A stretch of 64,000 nt of DNA from a virus (IMGVR_UViG_3300001598_000034:32001-96000), one strand, 5' to 3'; positions 46,434-56,732 are shown, counted from the first letter of the stretch. Notes: generated from the sequence alone by a model not told the origin. Made by a program: numbers and translations.

Positions 46434-47054
46434 CTAACTACTTTTTACAAGATTTTTTTCTTGTGCTTTAGAAATACTATCTTTTAGAGAATCTAAAGAT
46501 ATTGTCAAATAGTTACGTGATGCGATATAGTCACCTAAGTGAACAATAAACTGGCCTCTATTACCCGGCGTTTGATTACCCCATTCACCCATGTGAGCCA
46601 CAACCAAACCCCCAATAATTTTGCCAATTTTCTCTTGATTTCTTTCCTTAGCAAACTTTAATATTTCCTGCGCTGCTATGTTAGGATGGCTACGCTCATA
46701 CTTAGCGCCTTCCTTTCCATGCTTAAAGGTGTCATGTAACAGTGCTGCTGATAATATCAGATCTTTGTCTACAGATTTAAATTGCAAATATTGTAACTGA
46801 ACAATATCCAACAGTACAGCTACCATAGCGAGTGTATGACGTACTAAGCCCCCTTCGCCATGGGATCCTGCCATATGATGTTCAACATGTTTAGCTGCAG
46901 GAATTGTTTGAAAATATTTGGGAACTCGTTCTGCAATAAATGCTTGTACGAATTCTCTAATTTCTTTGTTATTAATTAAGTAAGTGGAATCCATATATAA
47001 GGCGTAGTCGTCCCTTTCAGGGACGGCCACGTTTTTCTCTGCAATAGATTCCAT
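46434..47054 (-). CDS. HD-domain phosphohydrolase (YhaM-like)
   Basis: PAAKH...GGLVRHT, LLHD, AHMG, HLGD. Confidence 0.85.
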   Translation of the reverse strand: MESIAEKNVAVPERDDYALYMDSTYLINNKEIREFVQAFIAERVPKYFQTIPAAKHVEHHMAGSHGEGGLVRHTLAMVAVLLDIVQLQYLQFKSVDKDLILSAALLHDTFKHGKEGAKYERSHPNIAAQEILKFAKERNQEKIGKIIGGLVVAHMGEWGNQTPGNRGQFIVHLGDYIASRNYLTISLDSLKDSISKAQEKNLVKSS

Positions 47055-47076
47055 TTTGATTAATCCTCGCTATTAA

Positions 47077-48006
47077 TCAAAACGGCAACTTTGCCTCTGC
47101 AGTATCGGTCGCTGCTTCCGTCTCTACGTCTAAACCCATATCTTCTGCGATATTAGAAGATACATCTTTAAAGTCATTAGTCGCAGAGTCTGCTTCTTCT
47201 TTCATGTTGTCCAAAGCAATTTTACGTGCAGTTTCAATCTGACGTTTACGCAGATTCATTACTTCTTTAAATGTTTCAATGAACTCAGCTTTTATAGCTT
47301 CATCCATGGTAGGTGCCTCAGCAATAGGAGGAACATCCAAATCAATAACGTAGTAAGTTGCATTAATTTTAGCATTTTTAACCTTCTTTGCAGTAACTAA
47401 ACTCTCAAACATAAACATAGGAAGGTTAAGTTTCTTAAACTTCTGACTTTGGGTATGAAGTTTACCCGCAAACTCCTTTCCAGACTTGTAACTAGTACGA
47501 GACAAAATAATACGATAAAGATCATTAGGATTATCATTCAATGCCACAACTAATGTATATTGAGGTGCACAATGATCTTTACTATCAAAGTTCATAAAGT
47601 TACAGGTTGCGCAAGGACCATAGGTAGTGCCAATATCACCTTTGGCAAATTCACTAGCAGTTGGGCAACTACATTCGATATTGCTGTTTCCAGCATCACG
47701 AGGTGGGAACTTAACTCTTTGTCTCCACATTCCAATAAGCCTAAACTTTGCAGAGTTACCAATGATTTCTCCAGTAACGTCGTTAATAAAGATACCAGGA
47801 TGAATGTTCTCATTATCACCAGAAGTTACTTCTGGGCTCAATGCTTGCATCAATTTCAAAGTAGGAATTTGACTCAAAGACATTTCCATGCCTTCAATTG
47901 CTTCTCCCCAATCTTCAAAAGAGGTATCTACATCACCAGATACTGTAGTGGTAAGAGCCTCGCTCTCAATAATTTCTTCTGCCATTTCTTTCTTTTTTGT
48001 TGCCAT
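47077..48006 (-). CDS. Putative single-stranded DNA-binding protein
   Basis: IPTLKLMQALSPEV, Cys cluster, acidic tail ending LPF; replication cluster. Confidence 0.65.
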   Translation of the reverse strand: MATKKKEMAEEIIESEALTTTVSGDVDTSFEDWGEAIEGMEMSLSQIPTLKLMQALSPEVTSGDNENIHPGIFINDVTGEIIGNSAKFRLIGMWRQRVKFPPRDAGNSNIECSCPTASEFAKGDIGTTYGPCATCNFMNFDSKDHCAPQYTLVVALNDNPNDLYRIILSRTSYKSGKEFAGKLHTQSQKFKKLNLPMFMFESLVTAKKVKNAKINATYYVIDLDVPPIAEAPTMDEAIKAEFIETFKEVMNLRKRQIETARKIALDNMKEEADSATNDFKDVSSNIAEDMGLDVETEAATDTAEAKLPF

Positions 48007-48077
48007 GTTTTTGTACTCCGATCTTGTTAAAATAAATTAAAATAAGTTAAACAATATATACAATAACTAATTCTATT

Positions 48078-48386
48078 TTAGTTATTTTCTTGAGAAGTAG
48101 CAGCTTCCTTTTTGTTAGGATCAACTGCTTTAAAGCTATATTTCAATTTCCACTTTTCTGGAACTGATACTAACTCGCCAGTTTGAGGACTTCTAGCCTG
48201 TCTGGCAGGCACAATTACTTTCTTCAAGGTTCCGCCGATCTCAGGAAAACGAAAATCCTTACCATTATCAACTACTTCTTCTTTAATAAACTTAAAGAAC
48301 ATAGAAACCATATCAGAAGCTTTGTTTTTAGAAAGCCCCAATTCTTTTGCTACCTTTTCCACAAGGTCTTCTCGCTTAAATAACAT
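48078..48386 (-). CDS. hup: HU/IHF-family DNA-binding protein
   Basis: ARQARSPQTGELVSVP arm motif. Confidence 0.9.
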   Translation of the reverse strand: MLFKREDLVEKVAKELGLSKNKASDMVSMFFKFIKEEVVDNGKDFRFPEIGGTLKKVIVPARQARSPQTGELVSVPEKWKLKYSFKAVDPNKKEAATSQENN

Positions 48387-48995
48387 TTACTTTATTCTCT
48401 CTTTCTTCTTTGTTTTTATAGCCAAACTATTTTTAATTAGTGGTTTAGACCCTTGAGCAATTCTTGCCATTACATAAGCATCATTAACGTCATTAGACTT
48501 ATGCTTGTATTTCCAGCGTCGTCTAACTCCATTTATTACTTGAACTTTAGTCGCTGCGCCATTACTACAGGCTACCTTTTTCACATAAGGTGGAGCTACC
48601 AAATAATAGGTATACCCATGTGTAGCTAACCAGTATTCGAGCACCCCTGACAGTTTACCAAGTTTAAATGCGCCAAACTCCGCAGCAAAAGCTGCCCCTT
48701 CCATTACTACAAGAATAGCACTTGCAGGATAGTCTTTTAGCAACGTTTCTAACTGTGTTATAAGTGAATTCATACGTGCTATAAAAGTATCCCCAGGTTT
48801 TCCAGCTTTAATTGTACAAGCAATTAAAGGCTCAATTTCTCTACTCTCATGCGGAAGCAAAACTATTCCAGTAGAAGAATAGCTCGGGTCTATACCAAGA
48901 TAGTAATTAAAGGTAGACCTATCCACTACTGTCTTTTCGTCAAGATACTCTACAGTAGCTTTAGCTTTTTTAGCTTTAGCGGCCATTCCTGTCAT
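48387..48995 (-). CDS. RuvC-like Holliday junction resolvase
   Basis: LGIDPS, VVMEG, VKK...GAATK, DVNDA. Confidence 0.85.
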   Translation of the reverse strand: MTGMAAKAKKAKATVEYLDEKTVVDRSTFNYYLGIDPSYSSTGIVLLPHESREIEPLIACTIKAGKPGDTFIARMNSLITQLETLLKDYPASAILVVMEGAAFAAEFGAFKLGKLSGVLEYWLATHGYTYYLVAPPYVKKVACSNGAATKVQVINGVRRRWKYKHKSNDVNDAYVMARIAQGSKPLIKNSLAIKTKKKERIK

Positions 48996-49866
48996 ACCAT
49001 CCTGCAGAAATTAGCTCTCCTCTTAACAACATATTTCCCTTGCGTTCTTGTTTACTATATTCAGAAATAGAAAGCCCGAGTTTTTCTCTGATTTTCTTCT
49101 TCGGTGTTTCTTGTTCTCCGTTAGTACCAAGACGCATATTAAGTATTTGTGCTGCTATTGGAAAATTTTCTGCTATCGCATTAATAGCTTTTTCTACAAA
49201 TATGTTAAGTTCTTGCTGTTCTAATTGGCGTTCAGTATTAGAATTTTTATCTTCTATTAGTTCGCCAATAGGCTCAACATCACCCTCTGCATTTTCATTT
49301 TCATAGTCCAAGCTTTTAATACGAGATGCAGTGATGTTCATGATTTTTAATTCATTTAATTTCTTGCTATTTATTTTAAGGGTATCCATAATTTCCTGGT
49401 CTGTCTTCCCTTGTAAAGATAACTTAATAAAATTAAATAAACGCTCTTTCGCATCACGCCCAATAACTAATCCGCCCATAGGCAGTAGTTCATTACGCAC
49501 TTCAATATAAATAAATTTATTTATCCATGAAGTTGCGTAGGTGAGAAAAGTATACCCTCTTGTAGGGTCAAAACGCTTTGCTGCTTCTAGGAGCCCAAGT
49601 ATTCCTGCTTGGAGTATGTCTTCAGCAAACCAATGTCCCTCTGTAATATCAATGATATTTTTAAGAATATACTTATAATGCTTTATTACAAGTAAGTTCG
49701 CTGCTTTAAGACTCCCTTTTTTATAGTCATTAATCAAAGTAACATCATCTGGAGTAGGACGCTCCATCTTTTTAAGTTGAGCCAATAAAGGGCAATTAAA
49801 CCCGCCTTTATAAGTTCTACTAGTTTCTGCCTCAGCTTCGCCTAATACATAATTTTCAGCTTCCAT
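48976..49866 (-). CDS. Sigma70-family RNA polymerase sigma factor
   Basis: EDILQAGILGLLEAAKRFDPTRGYTFLTYATSWI; SLD; region 4. Confidence 0.92.
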   Translation of the reverse strand: MEAENYVLGEAEAETSRTYKGGFNCPLLAQLKKMERPTPDDVTLINDYKKGSLKAANLLVIKHYKYILKNIIDITEGHWFAEDILQAGILGLLEAAKRFDPTRGYTFLTYATSWINKFIYIEVRNELLPMGGLVIGRDAKERLFNFIKLSLQGKTDQEIMDTLKINSKKLNELKIMNITASRIKSLDYENENAEGDVEPIGELIEDKNSNTERQLEQQELNIFVEKAINAIAENFPIAAQILNMRLGTNGEQETPKKKIREKLGLSISEYSKQERKGNMLLRGELISAGWYDRNGR

Positions 49867-49901
49867 AAATTTTCCTTTCTCGTAATAAGTGATTGTACTT
49901 A

Positions 49902-49912
49902 ATATTATACCT
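49902..49912 (-). promoter_or_regulatory. Class A phage promoter
   Basis: AGGTATAATAT on minus strand upstream of the sigma gene. Confidence 0.7.
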
Positions 49913-49985
49913 AAGAAAGTAGTTTTTAGAAACCTTGCGATATAGTGCTTACAACTGCGACTTACTTATAAAAAGTTAAAAAACA

Positions 49986-50080
49986 AATGTAGTAGGTGTC
50001 CTTGGATATATAAAGAAAGGGGCCCGTGTATTTCAACGAACACACCCCTCTCTATATATCGCAAGGATTCCTACTACATT
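49986..50080 (-). ncRNA. Putative ~95-nt hairpin RNA starting at a class B promoter
   Basis: aatgtagtagg/cctactacatt, tccttg/caagga, gatatata/tatatatc, agggg/cccct; U-rich tract follows on minus strand. Confidence 0.55.
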
Positions 50081-50113
50081 ATACTTATACCTAATTTTTT
50101 AATATTTTTTTGA
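50077..50113 (-). promoter_or_regulatory. Class B phage promoter
   Basis: TCAAAAAAAT-N12-GGTATAAGTATAATG. Confidence 0.7.
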
Positions 50114-50137
50114 ATTAAAATAAGGTATAAAATATAG

Positions 50138-52060
50138 TTATATTACATCGAGGCTCTTTAAGAAATCCTCGGTGGAATCAAGTTGAGAATCCTGTGATAT
50201 AGATACAGGTGATTTAGGTTTTTTCTTGGATCTGGTCTTTTTTATTCCAATAGATCCTCCTTTACCAAGTAAAAGCTCTAAGTCTTTTTTACGAATATAC
50301 TCTGATATTTTTTGTTTGTTTTCGAGCAGTAGCTTTATTCCCTCGTCATAGGTGTCTTCACAGATTAAATCAATATAAACAGAAGTACCCTTCATTCCAA
50401 TTCTATGGTGACGGTCTTCTGCCTGACTTCGCTCTTCTATTGAAGCTGTATTTTCAAAGAATATACTGCTTACAGGATTAGTTTCACAAGTAAAGTCATT
50501 GCCCCTACATTCTGATTGAATTTGAAGTATTAATACTTTTATTTGCCCCTGTTTAAACTGCTCTTTAATAGTTTTGCGCCTTGCATCAGAAACACGTCGA
50601 TCTAATACTGTAGCTTCTATTTCATGGTCGTGGAGGTATTGTTGCAATTTAGATAAGATAAAAGTATGTCTAGCCCAGATAATAAACGAGTCTGAACTAT
50701 TACGAATAATAGATAGCATCTCTTCATACTTAGGGCTATCCAGCCAGATAAAATCTCCGTCATCTGTAGTAATATACCCAGAAGTTATTTGTTGAAATTT
50801 CTCAAGCATAGATACTACGTATTCAACAGTAACTGGAGAAGTATTTTCTTGTTCTATATTTTCCTGTACGGTACATACAGCATCTATTTGATCTAGTAAA
50901 TTCGTATACCATTCATATTGTGCTTCATATATAGGCAATTTACGAACCTGGTACACTTTAGGTGGTAAGTCTAGGCATTGATCTTTAGAACGACTAAATG
51001 CAGCTAAATACGCTCGCGATTTTAGTTCGTCCATATGCTTAAATCCCTTAATGACTTTACCAAATGGTAAGGATACATAATCAATGTATCTATTACTAAA
51101 CACCCACTGATTAGTACCATAGATAGTTTTATCTACAGCTAAACATTGTGCAAAAAGATCTAATGGGTTTGACACATAAGGCATACCCGTAAGCAGCAAA
51201 CCATATGGAATGCTATTACAAATATCAATAGCCGCCAATGTTCGCTTAGCTTTAGGATTTTTTATCTTTGTTGCTTCGTCAAGAATGAACATATCAAAAT
51301 GTGCATTTTGCAGCCATTCACTAGCAGAATCTACGCCTTCATATGTTATTAATGTAAAAGTAAACTTACTATCATCAATATTGTGGAGGATATTGTTTTT
51401 CTGTCCAGGTGTTCCTTTAACTGGATATACAACAGCATCAGGTGCAAATCTATGTACTTCTTGTTCCCATTGATACATTAATGACCTAGGAAGAATAACT
51501 AAAACTTTTTTAATACCACCTAAAGCTTCATCCGTATGACGTAATTTAGCAATAGTAATAGAAGTATACGTCTTGCCCATACCCAAGTCCAAGTATAAAG
51601 ACGCTTTAGGTATATTGAGTGCAAAAGCAATAGCCTCACGCTGGTGTTGAAAAGGAGGTAATACATAGTCAATAGTATCGGGAAGAACTACTGGACGTGA
51701 GTCATCTTTTAGTCCTTGTTGAAGTTCAGATAAACGTATTATTGTATTCTTACAAGAAGTATACCATTGTCTAGTTTCAGCATCTGTTACAGCAATATAC
51801 TTTCTAAAGTCCTTCCAGAGATCTTTAAATACTGTCAATGTAGCTGGAGTGGTCCACATACGATGAATACGGTCGAACACCATATTTCGCAAGACACTTT
51901 TGAAAATATTTTCCCCAGATATTCCTGGGAAATAGAGGGTAGTACCCCTCTTATATATTTTTAGGTTTATATTTATCGCATCTGCCACAACTATTTTCCT
52001 CTTTGCAGAATCCGTTTTGGTCACAGAATGCTCCTGCCTTTTCAAAAAGAACTGGTGCAA
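50138..52060 (-). CDS. SNF2-family helicase (probable GTG start at 51988)
   Basis: DLGMGKT, ILDEAT, LLTGMP, QAEDRHHRIG. Confidence 0.9.
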   Translation of the reverse strand: MHQFFLKRQEHSVTKTDSAKRKIVVADAININLKIYKRGTTLYFPGISGENIFKSVLRNMVFDRIHRMWTTPATLTVFKDLWKDFRKYIAVTDAETRQWYTSCKNTIIRLSELQQGLKDDSRPVVLPDTIDYVLPPFQHQREAIAFALNIPKASLYLDLGMGKTYTSITIAKLRHTDEALGGIKKVLVILPRSLMYQWEQEVHRFAPDAVVYPVKGTPGQKNNILHNIDDSKFTFTLITYEGVDSASEWLQNAHFDMFILDEATKIKNPKAKRTLAAIDICNSIPYGLLLTGMPYVSNPLDLFAQCLAVDKTIYGTNQWVFSNRYIDYVSLPFGKVIKGFKHMDELKSRAYLAAFSRSKDQCLDLPPKVYQVRKLPIYEAQYEWYTNLLDQIDAVCTVQENIEQENTSPVTVEYVVSMLEKFQQITSGYITTDDGDFIWLDSPKYEEMLSIIRNSSDSFIIWARHTFILSKLQQYLHDHEIEATVLDRRVSDARRKTIKEQFKQGQIKVLILQIQSECRGNDFTCETNPVSSIFFENTASIEERSQAEDRHHRIGMKGTSVYIDLICEDTYDEGIKLLLENKQKISEYIRKKDLELLLGKGGSIGIKKTRSKKKPKSPVSISQDSQLDSTEDFLKSLDVI

Positions 52061-52622
52061 CTTCTTTTACAAGATCTAACATTTGTTTTGCTAATTTGCG
52101 TATTTCCCACTGCTCCCTTGTGCAGCACCTAAGACTAAAGAAATTGAATAAGCTACTAGCATTAATAGTCATCGTGAGTTCAGTTTCTGTAGCATTAGGA
52201 AGAATATAACGAGCATTTTCTTTCGGAATCCCAGACTCTACTAATAAATTATACGTAGCTCTGATATACTCCATCATATCTTTATACACCTGTTCATTTT
52301 CAGTGCCAGAAATCTTTGGAGGTATTACATAATCAAAATTATCTTCTTTAATATACCGTTGGCTTCTTTGATTAAAACTAGCAATACGGTGCCGCACTAA
52401 TTCGTGGCTACAAGCTCGAGATATTCCTTTAATCAAAAATGTAAATGAAGCATGCTCAAGAGGTGTACCATGTCCAGAAGAACATAGCATACGAAGCATT
52501 TTAGCAACCTGTTCATCTGTCATTTTTCCAGAAACTTTATCTGCATCGAAATAACAAATTTTCGCTGCTTCTGCAATAGCACGTTCTGGATTAGGAGTAT
52601 AATTTATAAGTGTTACTTCCAT
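51951..52622 (-). CDS. thyX: FAD-dependent thymidylate synthase
   Basis: GHGTPLEH, RHRIASFNQRSQRY, ENARYILP. Confidence 0.97.
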   Translation of the reverse strand: MEVTLINYTPNPERAIAEAAKICYFDADKVSGKMTDEQVAKMLRMLCSSGHGTPLEHASFTFLIKGISRACSHELVRHRIASFNQRSQRYIKEDNFDYVIPPKISGTENEQVYKDMMEYIRATYNLLVESGIPKENARYILPNATETELTMTINASSLFNFFSLRCCTREQWEIRKLAKQMLDLVKEVAPVLFEKAGAFCDQNGFCKEENSCGRCDKYKPKNI

Positions 52623-52652
52623 TAAACAAATTCCTTTCTTTTCCGATAATAG

Positions 52653-52663
52653 ATATTATACCT
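52653..52663 (-). promoter_or_regulatory. Class A phage promoter
   Basis: AGGTATAATAT upstream of thyX. Confidence 0.7.
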
Positions 52664-52848
52664 AAATTTTTCTAACTATAGGTATCAAGGCTAATCTTTG
52701 CAATACTTCATGTAGCTTATCCATATCATTTTTTCAATTGCTTTATGTGCCTCAGACATACATTCATCGATACGCTCCTGAATAGTATTATAACCGTCTT
52801 CTGAAACAGTAATAGGATTCGATGTAATTGGAGAAAAAAGTCCCATAA

Positions 52849-53040
52849 TTAATCCCCCGTTTCTTCAATAATTTGTTCTTCTGTAAATTCATACATGCCA
52901 GTATTTTCAACTAACTCACGCATAGCTAAATACTTAGCTTCTTCTTCGTTCCTTGCCTTTACTGTAGTTGTAAGTGAGAATGTGCATGTATAGATTTTTA
53001 AATTAGAATCTGGCATAGCTACTTTTACTTTTGTACTCAT
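52849..53040 (-). CDS. Hypothetical protein (start MSTKV)
   Basis: AAGGAG RBS before 53040; VKARNEEEA. Confidence 0.55.
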   Translation of the reverse strand: MSTKVKVAMPDSNLKIYTCTFSLTTTVKARNEEEAKYLAMRELVENTGMYEFTEEQIIEETGD

Positions 53041-53056
53041 CCGTGTCTCCTTTAAT

Positions 53057-53704
53057 TTAAACTCTCGCTTTATAAGGGACACGCACACGCACATGAACCA
53101 ATCTTCGTCCCCATTCCCATGCTTCTGCCCTATTAGGCATTGCAATATCAATAATACGTCCATTAATTGCGTTACCTGTGTCATTCGCTCTGCACCATCC
53201 AATAGTAGGAACATACACTTCAGCCTGCAAAGGAATAACTTCAGGATCTACAGCTAATGTCTTATAGGCAATAGCAGGTGTCCCATCATAAGCAATGCCA
53301 TCACCACTCGCCTCTATAGGATCATGCGTCCAATAAGCAGTAGCCTCTACTAGCATCGTTTTTTCAATAAACTCTCCTGGCATTTTCAAAAATACAGGAT
53401 TGGCGTTCCCCTTTACTTCTTCCCCTGGTACAGCAAATATAGGCTCTTTCTCAAATAATTTGTCTGTATATTTGCGTGCCAGCATTTCAATCTCACTCTG
53501 AGTATGCAATGCAGACAACTCTGCTGCCCGATCAGCAATACGTATTTCACACCGCTTTTCAATCCAAGCATCAAAATCTCTACATATCCCAGCCCAGATA
53601 ACATTACAGAAGAAGATAACGGTTGCTATAACAATACAAATATGTGTAATCATATATCCGGCAATCCAGTATTGATCTTCTTCTAAATGTAATTGTAAAT
53701 TCAT
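53057..53704 (-). CDS. 3D-domain (MltA-type) cell-wall protein with N-terminal TM helix
   Basis: ATAY, AVDPEVIPL, ANDTGNAINGRIIDI, WGRR. Confidence 0.9.
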   Translation of the reverse strand: MNLQLHLEEDQYWIAGYMITHICIVIATVIFFCNVIWAGICRDFDAWIEKRCEIRIADRAAELSALHTQSEIEMLARKYTDKLFEKEPIFAVPGEEVKGNANPVFLKMPGEFIEKTMLVEATAYWTHDPIEASGDGIAYDGTPAIAYKTLAVDPEVIPLQAEVYVPTIGWCRANDTGNAINGRIIDIAMPNRAEAWEWGRRLVHVRVRVPYKARV

Positions 53705-53883
53705 ATTTTACACCCCCTTCGATTTCTCCCATTCGCCTTTATAGAAGTTACTGTAAGCATCCCAAACAGCATCGTGGATTCCATCATAGAAATCCCCGGT
53801 TTCTTCAATTTGAAACATTGGATAATATTGTATAAACATAAAATGCATCAGCCATAGACGCATTTCCCCGTATTCCTCTTTTG

Positions 53884-54110
53884 TCATTTCTTATTTTCCT
53901 TCTCTACTACTTGTTGAATTTTTTCAAAGATATAGTCAACGCTAGCTTTTGCGTCTTCTTTAAGAAGACTAATATTGTTTGTAGTAGCATAGTGCGCTAT
54001 AAACATTTTCTTTCCAAAAATAAAATTAACCCACCAAACCCACATAGGAGAGCGATAGTGGTCACCATCTGTAATGCATAAAATATCCAAGGGTTAATAA
54101 TAGGTTCCAT
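53884..54110 (-). pseudogene. Frame-broken membrane protein gene
   Basis: Strong GGAGGT RBS and MEPIINPWIFY...TM stops at 53997; protein-like C-terminus MFIAHYATTNNI...VDYIFEKI lies in another frame. Confidence 0.5.
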
Positions 54111-54128
54111 AATTTATACCTCCATTTC

Positions 54129-55145
54129 TTAATACAATAAAGCTTCCTTAATCAAAGGAGAAGCTAATTTACTAATATGTTTATTAATATATTTTTGTGT
54201 AGACTTGTCTAGCACCAAATCGGCATGATCTTTATTAAAGTCATCCAGCACATCCGCTGCAAAGTCCTTAATCACCTCACTAAAATCTTCAATATACTTC
54301 TTAACACCATAATGACTCAATACATTCTGCAAACGAGCTTCTGTTACATAGGGCTCTACCATAGCATAATATTTAGCAATTTCTTCTGGCAGTTCTTTCA
54401 TTTCTTCTGATTTTGCTTTGGATGCAACTTCTTTAAACTTATCATTTTTAGATTTAAAGATAATGCGATGATCCCCACACCAAATATCTGCAAGCGCTGG
54501 ACGTATCACAATACCTTCCATGATATTAGGTTCTTTAAGTTGCTGATTTTCTTCCAGAGTAAACTTTCCACCAACTGTTTTTTGCAAATCTCTCCAAATT
54601 TCTGATTCCCTATCATTTGGATACGCTAATGCCTCATCTAACGTTTCACAAAAAGCAAGTAAATGCGGCATAAATATCCCCAATTCTGTACAAAGTGCAT
54701 GTACCGTGCAATGAGGTAGGTAATTCCCATCTTTGTAAATATCGAAAACTGCAAACTCATTGCGTGGTGTATAATACACACCTCTTTGTACACGCTCTCC
54801 AACAGAAGGATAATTCTTCCAAGAACCACCAAAATATTCTCCAAAGATCGTGAGTTGCTCCTTGCAATCGAGCTGCTTCCAAATCTTAGGAATGCAATCA
54901 ATTATATGTTGGAATGCTTGTTTCTGGCAGGGAGTAATCTCAGGAACCATTATGTTACGGCTTTGAAATTTAATAGTAGTACCATCTACTGTGCCAATAC
55001 CAAAATTAGCACCGTGTATCTTTTCATGAATTACCCAAGGTCCGTCATACTCTTTAAGCCCCGTGCAGTTTTCTTTCCAATAATTAATTTCGTCCTCTCT
55101 ATATGCTTGTTCTATAGAAGGATATTTTTTATGTTCATATTGCAT
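54129..55145 (-). CDS. RNA ligase, Rnl2 family
   Basis: EKIHGANF (I), FGEYFG (III), FAVFDI (IIIa), EGIVIRP (IV), KSKN (V), VTEARL. Confidence 0.92.
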   Translation of the reverse strand: MQYEHKKYPSIEQAYREDEINYWKENCTGLKEYDGPWVIHEKIHGANFGIGTVDGTTIKFQSRNIMVPEITPCQKQAFQHIIDCIPKIWKQLDCKEQLTIFGEYFGGSWKNYPSVGERVQRGVYYTPRNEFAVFDIYKDGNYLPHCTVHALCTELGIFMPHLLAFCETLDEALAYPNDRESEIWRDLQKTVGGKFTLEENQQLKEPNIMEGIVIRPALADIWCGDHRIIFKSKNDKFKEVASKAKSEEMKELPEEIAKYYAMVEPYVTEARLQNVLSHYGVKKYIEDFSEVIKDFAADVLDDFNKDHADLVLDKSTQKYINKHISKLASPLIKEALLY

Positions 55146-55263
55146 AATTATGCTTACTCCTTACAATATCTGTATTTCTTTATTTTATCTAATATTTTAT
55201 CTACTAATTTACTATGATCTTTTAAACGCCATTGATAGTCAATAAGTAGAGTTTCTAAGTCAT

Positions 55264-55485
55264 CTACAGCTGTATCGCCTGATCATTACATAAATTATTA
55301 TCTTTATCATATACATTATCAACGCACGCAAAGTTTAACGAGTATAGCGCATCCCAATAACACCCGCAGTATTTGCATGCAAATCTATATGTATATGTAT
55401 TATCTCGCAAAAGAGAATCATAACAATCAGCATCTTCTCTTCCACAGAGAGGGCACTTTCCCTTACGCCATTCTTCTTTTTCCAC
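55264..55485 (-). CDS. Zn-ribbon protein (possibly 5'-truncated)
   Basis: GKCPLCG...CKYCG. Confidence 0.5.
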   Translation of the reverse strand: MEKEEWRKGKCPLCGREDADCYDSLLRDNTYTYRFACKYCGCYWDALYSLNFACVDNVYDKDNNLCNDQAIQL

Positions 55486-55646
55486 CGCCAGATGTATTTA
55501 ATTACATTGGCTGTGCAAACAGCTTCAAGACCGGTAAGTTCTTCAACAGCTGCCTCTATTGCCTGAATACATTCCACACCATTCTTTGATTGGTAATGTT
55601 GTGGAGAATTAATCATATCTTTACTCACGTTTATATCCCCCCCCAC
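55335..55646 (-). pseudogene. DUF3310-like gene lacking its usual C-terminus
   Basis: DMINSPQHY...VECIQAI...NVIKYIWRWKKKNG, then no EDLxKA segment. Confidence 0.6.
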
Positions 55647-55874
55647 CCCATTGCGTCTTCATATCCTTCCGTATAACCAGCGTCTACTCCTGCCTCGTAA
55701 CCTGCATCGTATCCGGTTTGATAGTGATGCTCAGTAAGTTCTCGAAGAGCTGCTTCAATAAGAGGCTCACACGACTTTACTTTCCCTTTAGATGTATGTA
55801 CAAGTTTTTCTAATACTGCATTTAAATGTTCCTGCGGAAGTACAGTTACAAATTTATAAATATATTCTTTTTCC

Positions 55875-56141
55875 TCAGTCATCTTCACAATACTCCCCAT
55901 AGTCATGTTCATTATTATAATATCCATGTGGGTGCTTTTCCATCCATTCTTTAGCATGTGCAGGATCGTAGTCATCCGTATGGCCTTCTTCAATAGGCGC
56001 TTCATCCTCTACCTGTACGTGCTCCCAGGTATTAACTACACGGTAATAATAAATCTTTTTCTTATCCTCCATATGCATTAAAAGATCTTCTAATTCCGGT
56101 AAATCTTTTTCTAAAATATCAATTTCTAATTCAACTCTCAT
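55875..56141 (-). CDS. Hypothetical protein
   Basis: GGAGG RBS; operon packing. Confidence 0.55.
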   Translation of the reverse strand: MRVELEIDILEKDLPELEDLLMHMEDKKKIYYYRVVNTWEHVQVEDEAPIEEGHTDDYDPAHAKEWMEKHPHGYYNNEHDYGEYCEDD

Positions 56142-56143
56142 TC

Positions 56144-56455
56144 TTATTCCTCCGTTCCATAATTTGCATAATCTGTGTCATCATCTGACGAGATTGCATC
56201 CTCATATCCCTGTGCATATGATCCTTTTTCAGCATAGTATTCGCACCAGTCATTATCTGAAACTTGCTTTTTATCTACAAGACTACAATACCATTTGCTA
56301 CCTGCAAAAATTCTGTGATTACAGGTACTGCAGTTCATTATTAAGCAATGACTCGGAAAGTGATAAAAGTTAACAGTATTCTTTTTCTCCAACATAGCGA
56401 AGGCAGCTTTTACTAGTTCAACCTTATCTTTATCTACATCAAACTCAACAATCAT
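56144..56455 (-). CDS. Hypothetical Cys-rich protein
   Basis: CSTC...YC...WC; AAGGAG RBS. Confidence 0.55.
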   Translation of the reverse strand: MIVEFDVDKDKVELVKAAFAMLEKKNTVNFYHFPSHCLIMNCSTCNHRIFAGSKWYCSLVDKKQVSDNDWCEYYAEKGSYAQGYEDAISSDDDTDYANYGTEE

Positions 56456-56462
56456 CCATTTA

Positions 56463-56732
56463 TCACTCCTTCTCTAACTTAGTATAATACTGTGTCTTTT
56501 GCAATTCTTCCCTTTGAATCCAATAAATGCAGTTCATTGCAGTTTCTTCCTTATACCTATTACGCAGCCATTCCCTATCCATATTAGCATCATGTTCATT
56601 TAAATAAATCTTTTTTATAGTAGGAAGTTCGGTAATAGGAATACTCGCATCTTTAGGAACAATAAGTTCCCACAAAATATAAATATAAGTTCCTTGCGTT
56701 GTTTCCATTTTAACACTCCGTGTTGTTTCCAT
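56463..56732 (-). CDS. Hypothetical protein with duplicated start region
   Basis: METTRSVK-METTQG. Confidence 0.55.
   Translation of the reverse strand: METTRSVKMETTQGTYIYILWELIVPKDASIPITELPTIKKIYLNEHDANMDREWLRNRYKEETAMNCIYWIQREELQKTQYYTKLEKE

Noticed and set aside
52690-52846. Possible frameshift at an A6 run in a small ORF upstream of thyX
   Set aside because: The alternative frame looks protein-like, but there is no family evidence to decide
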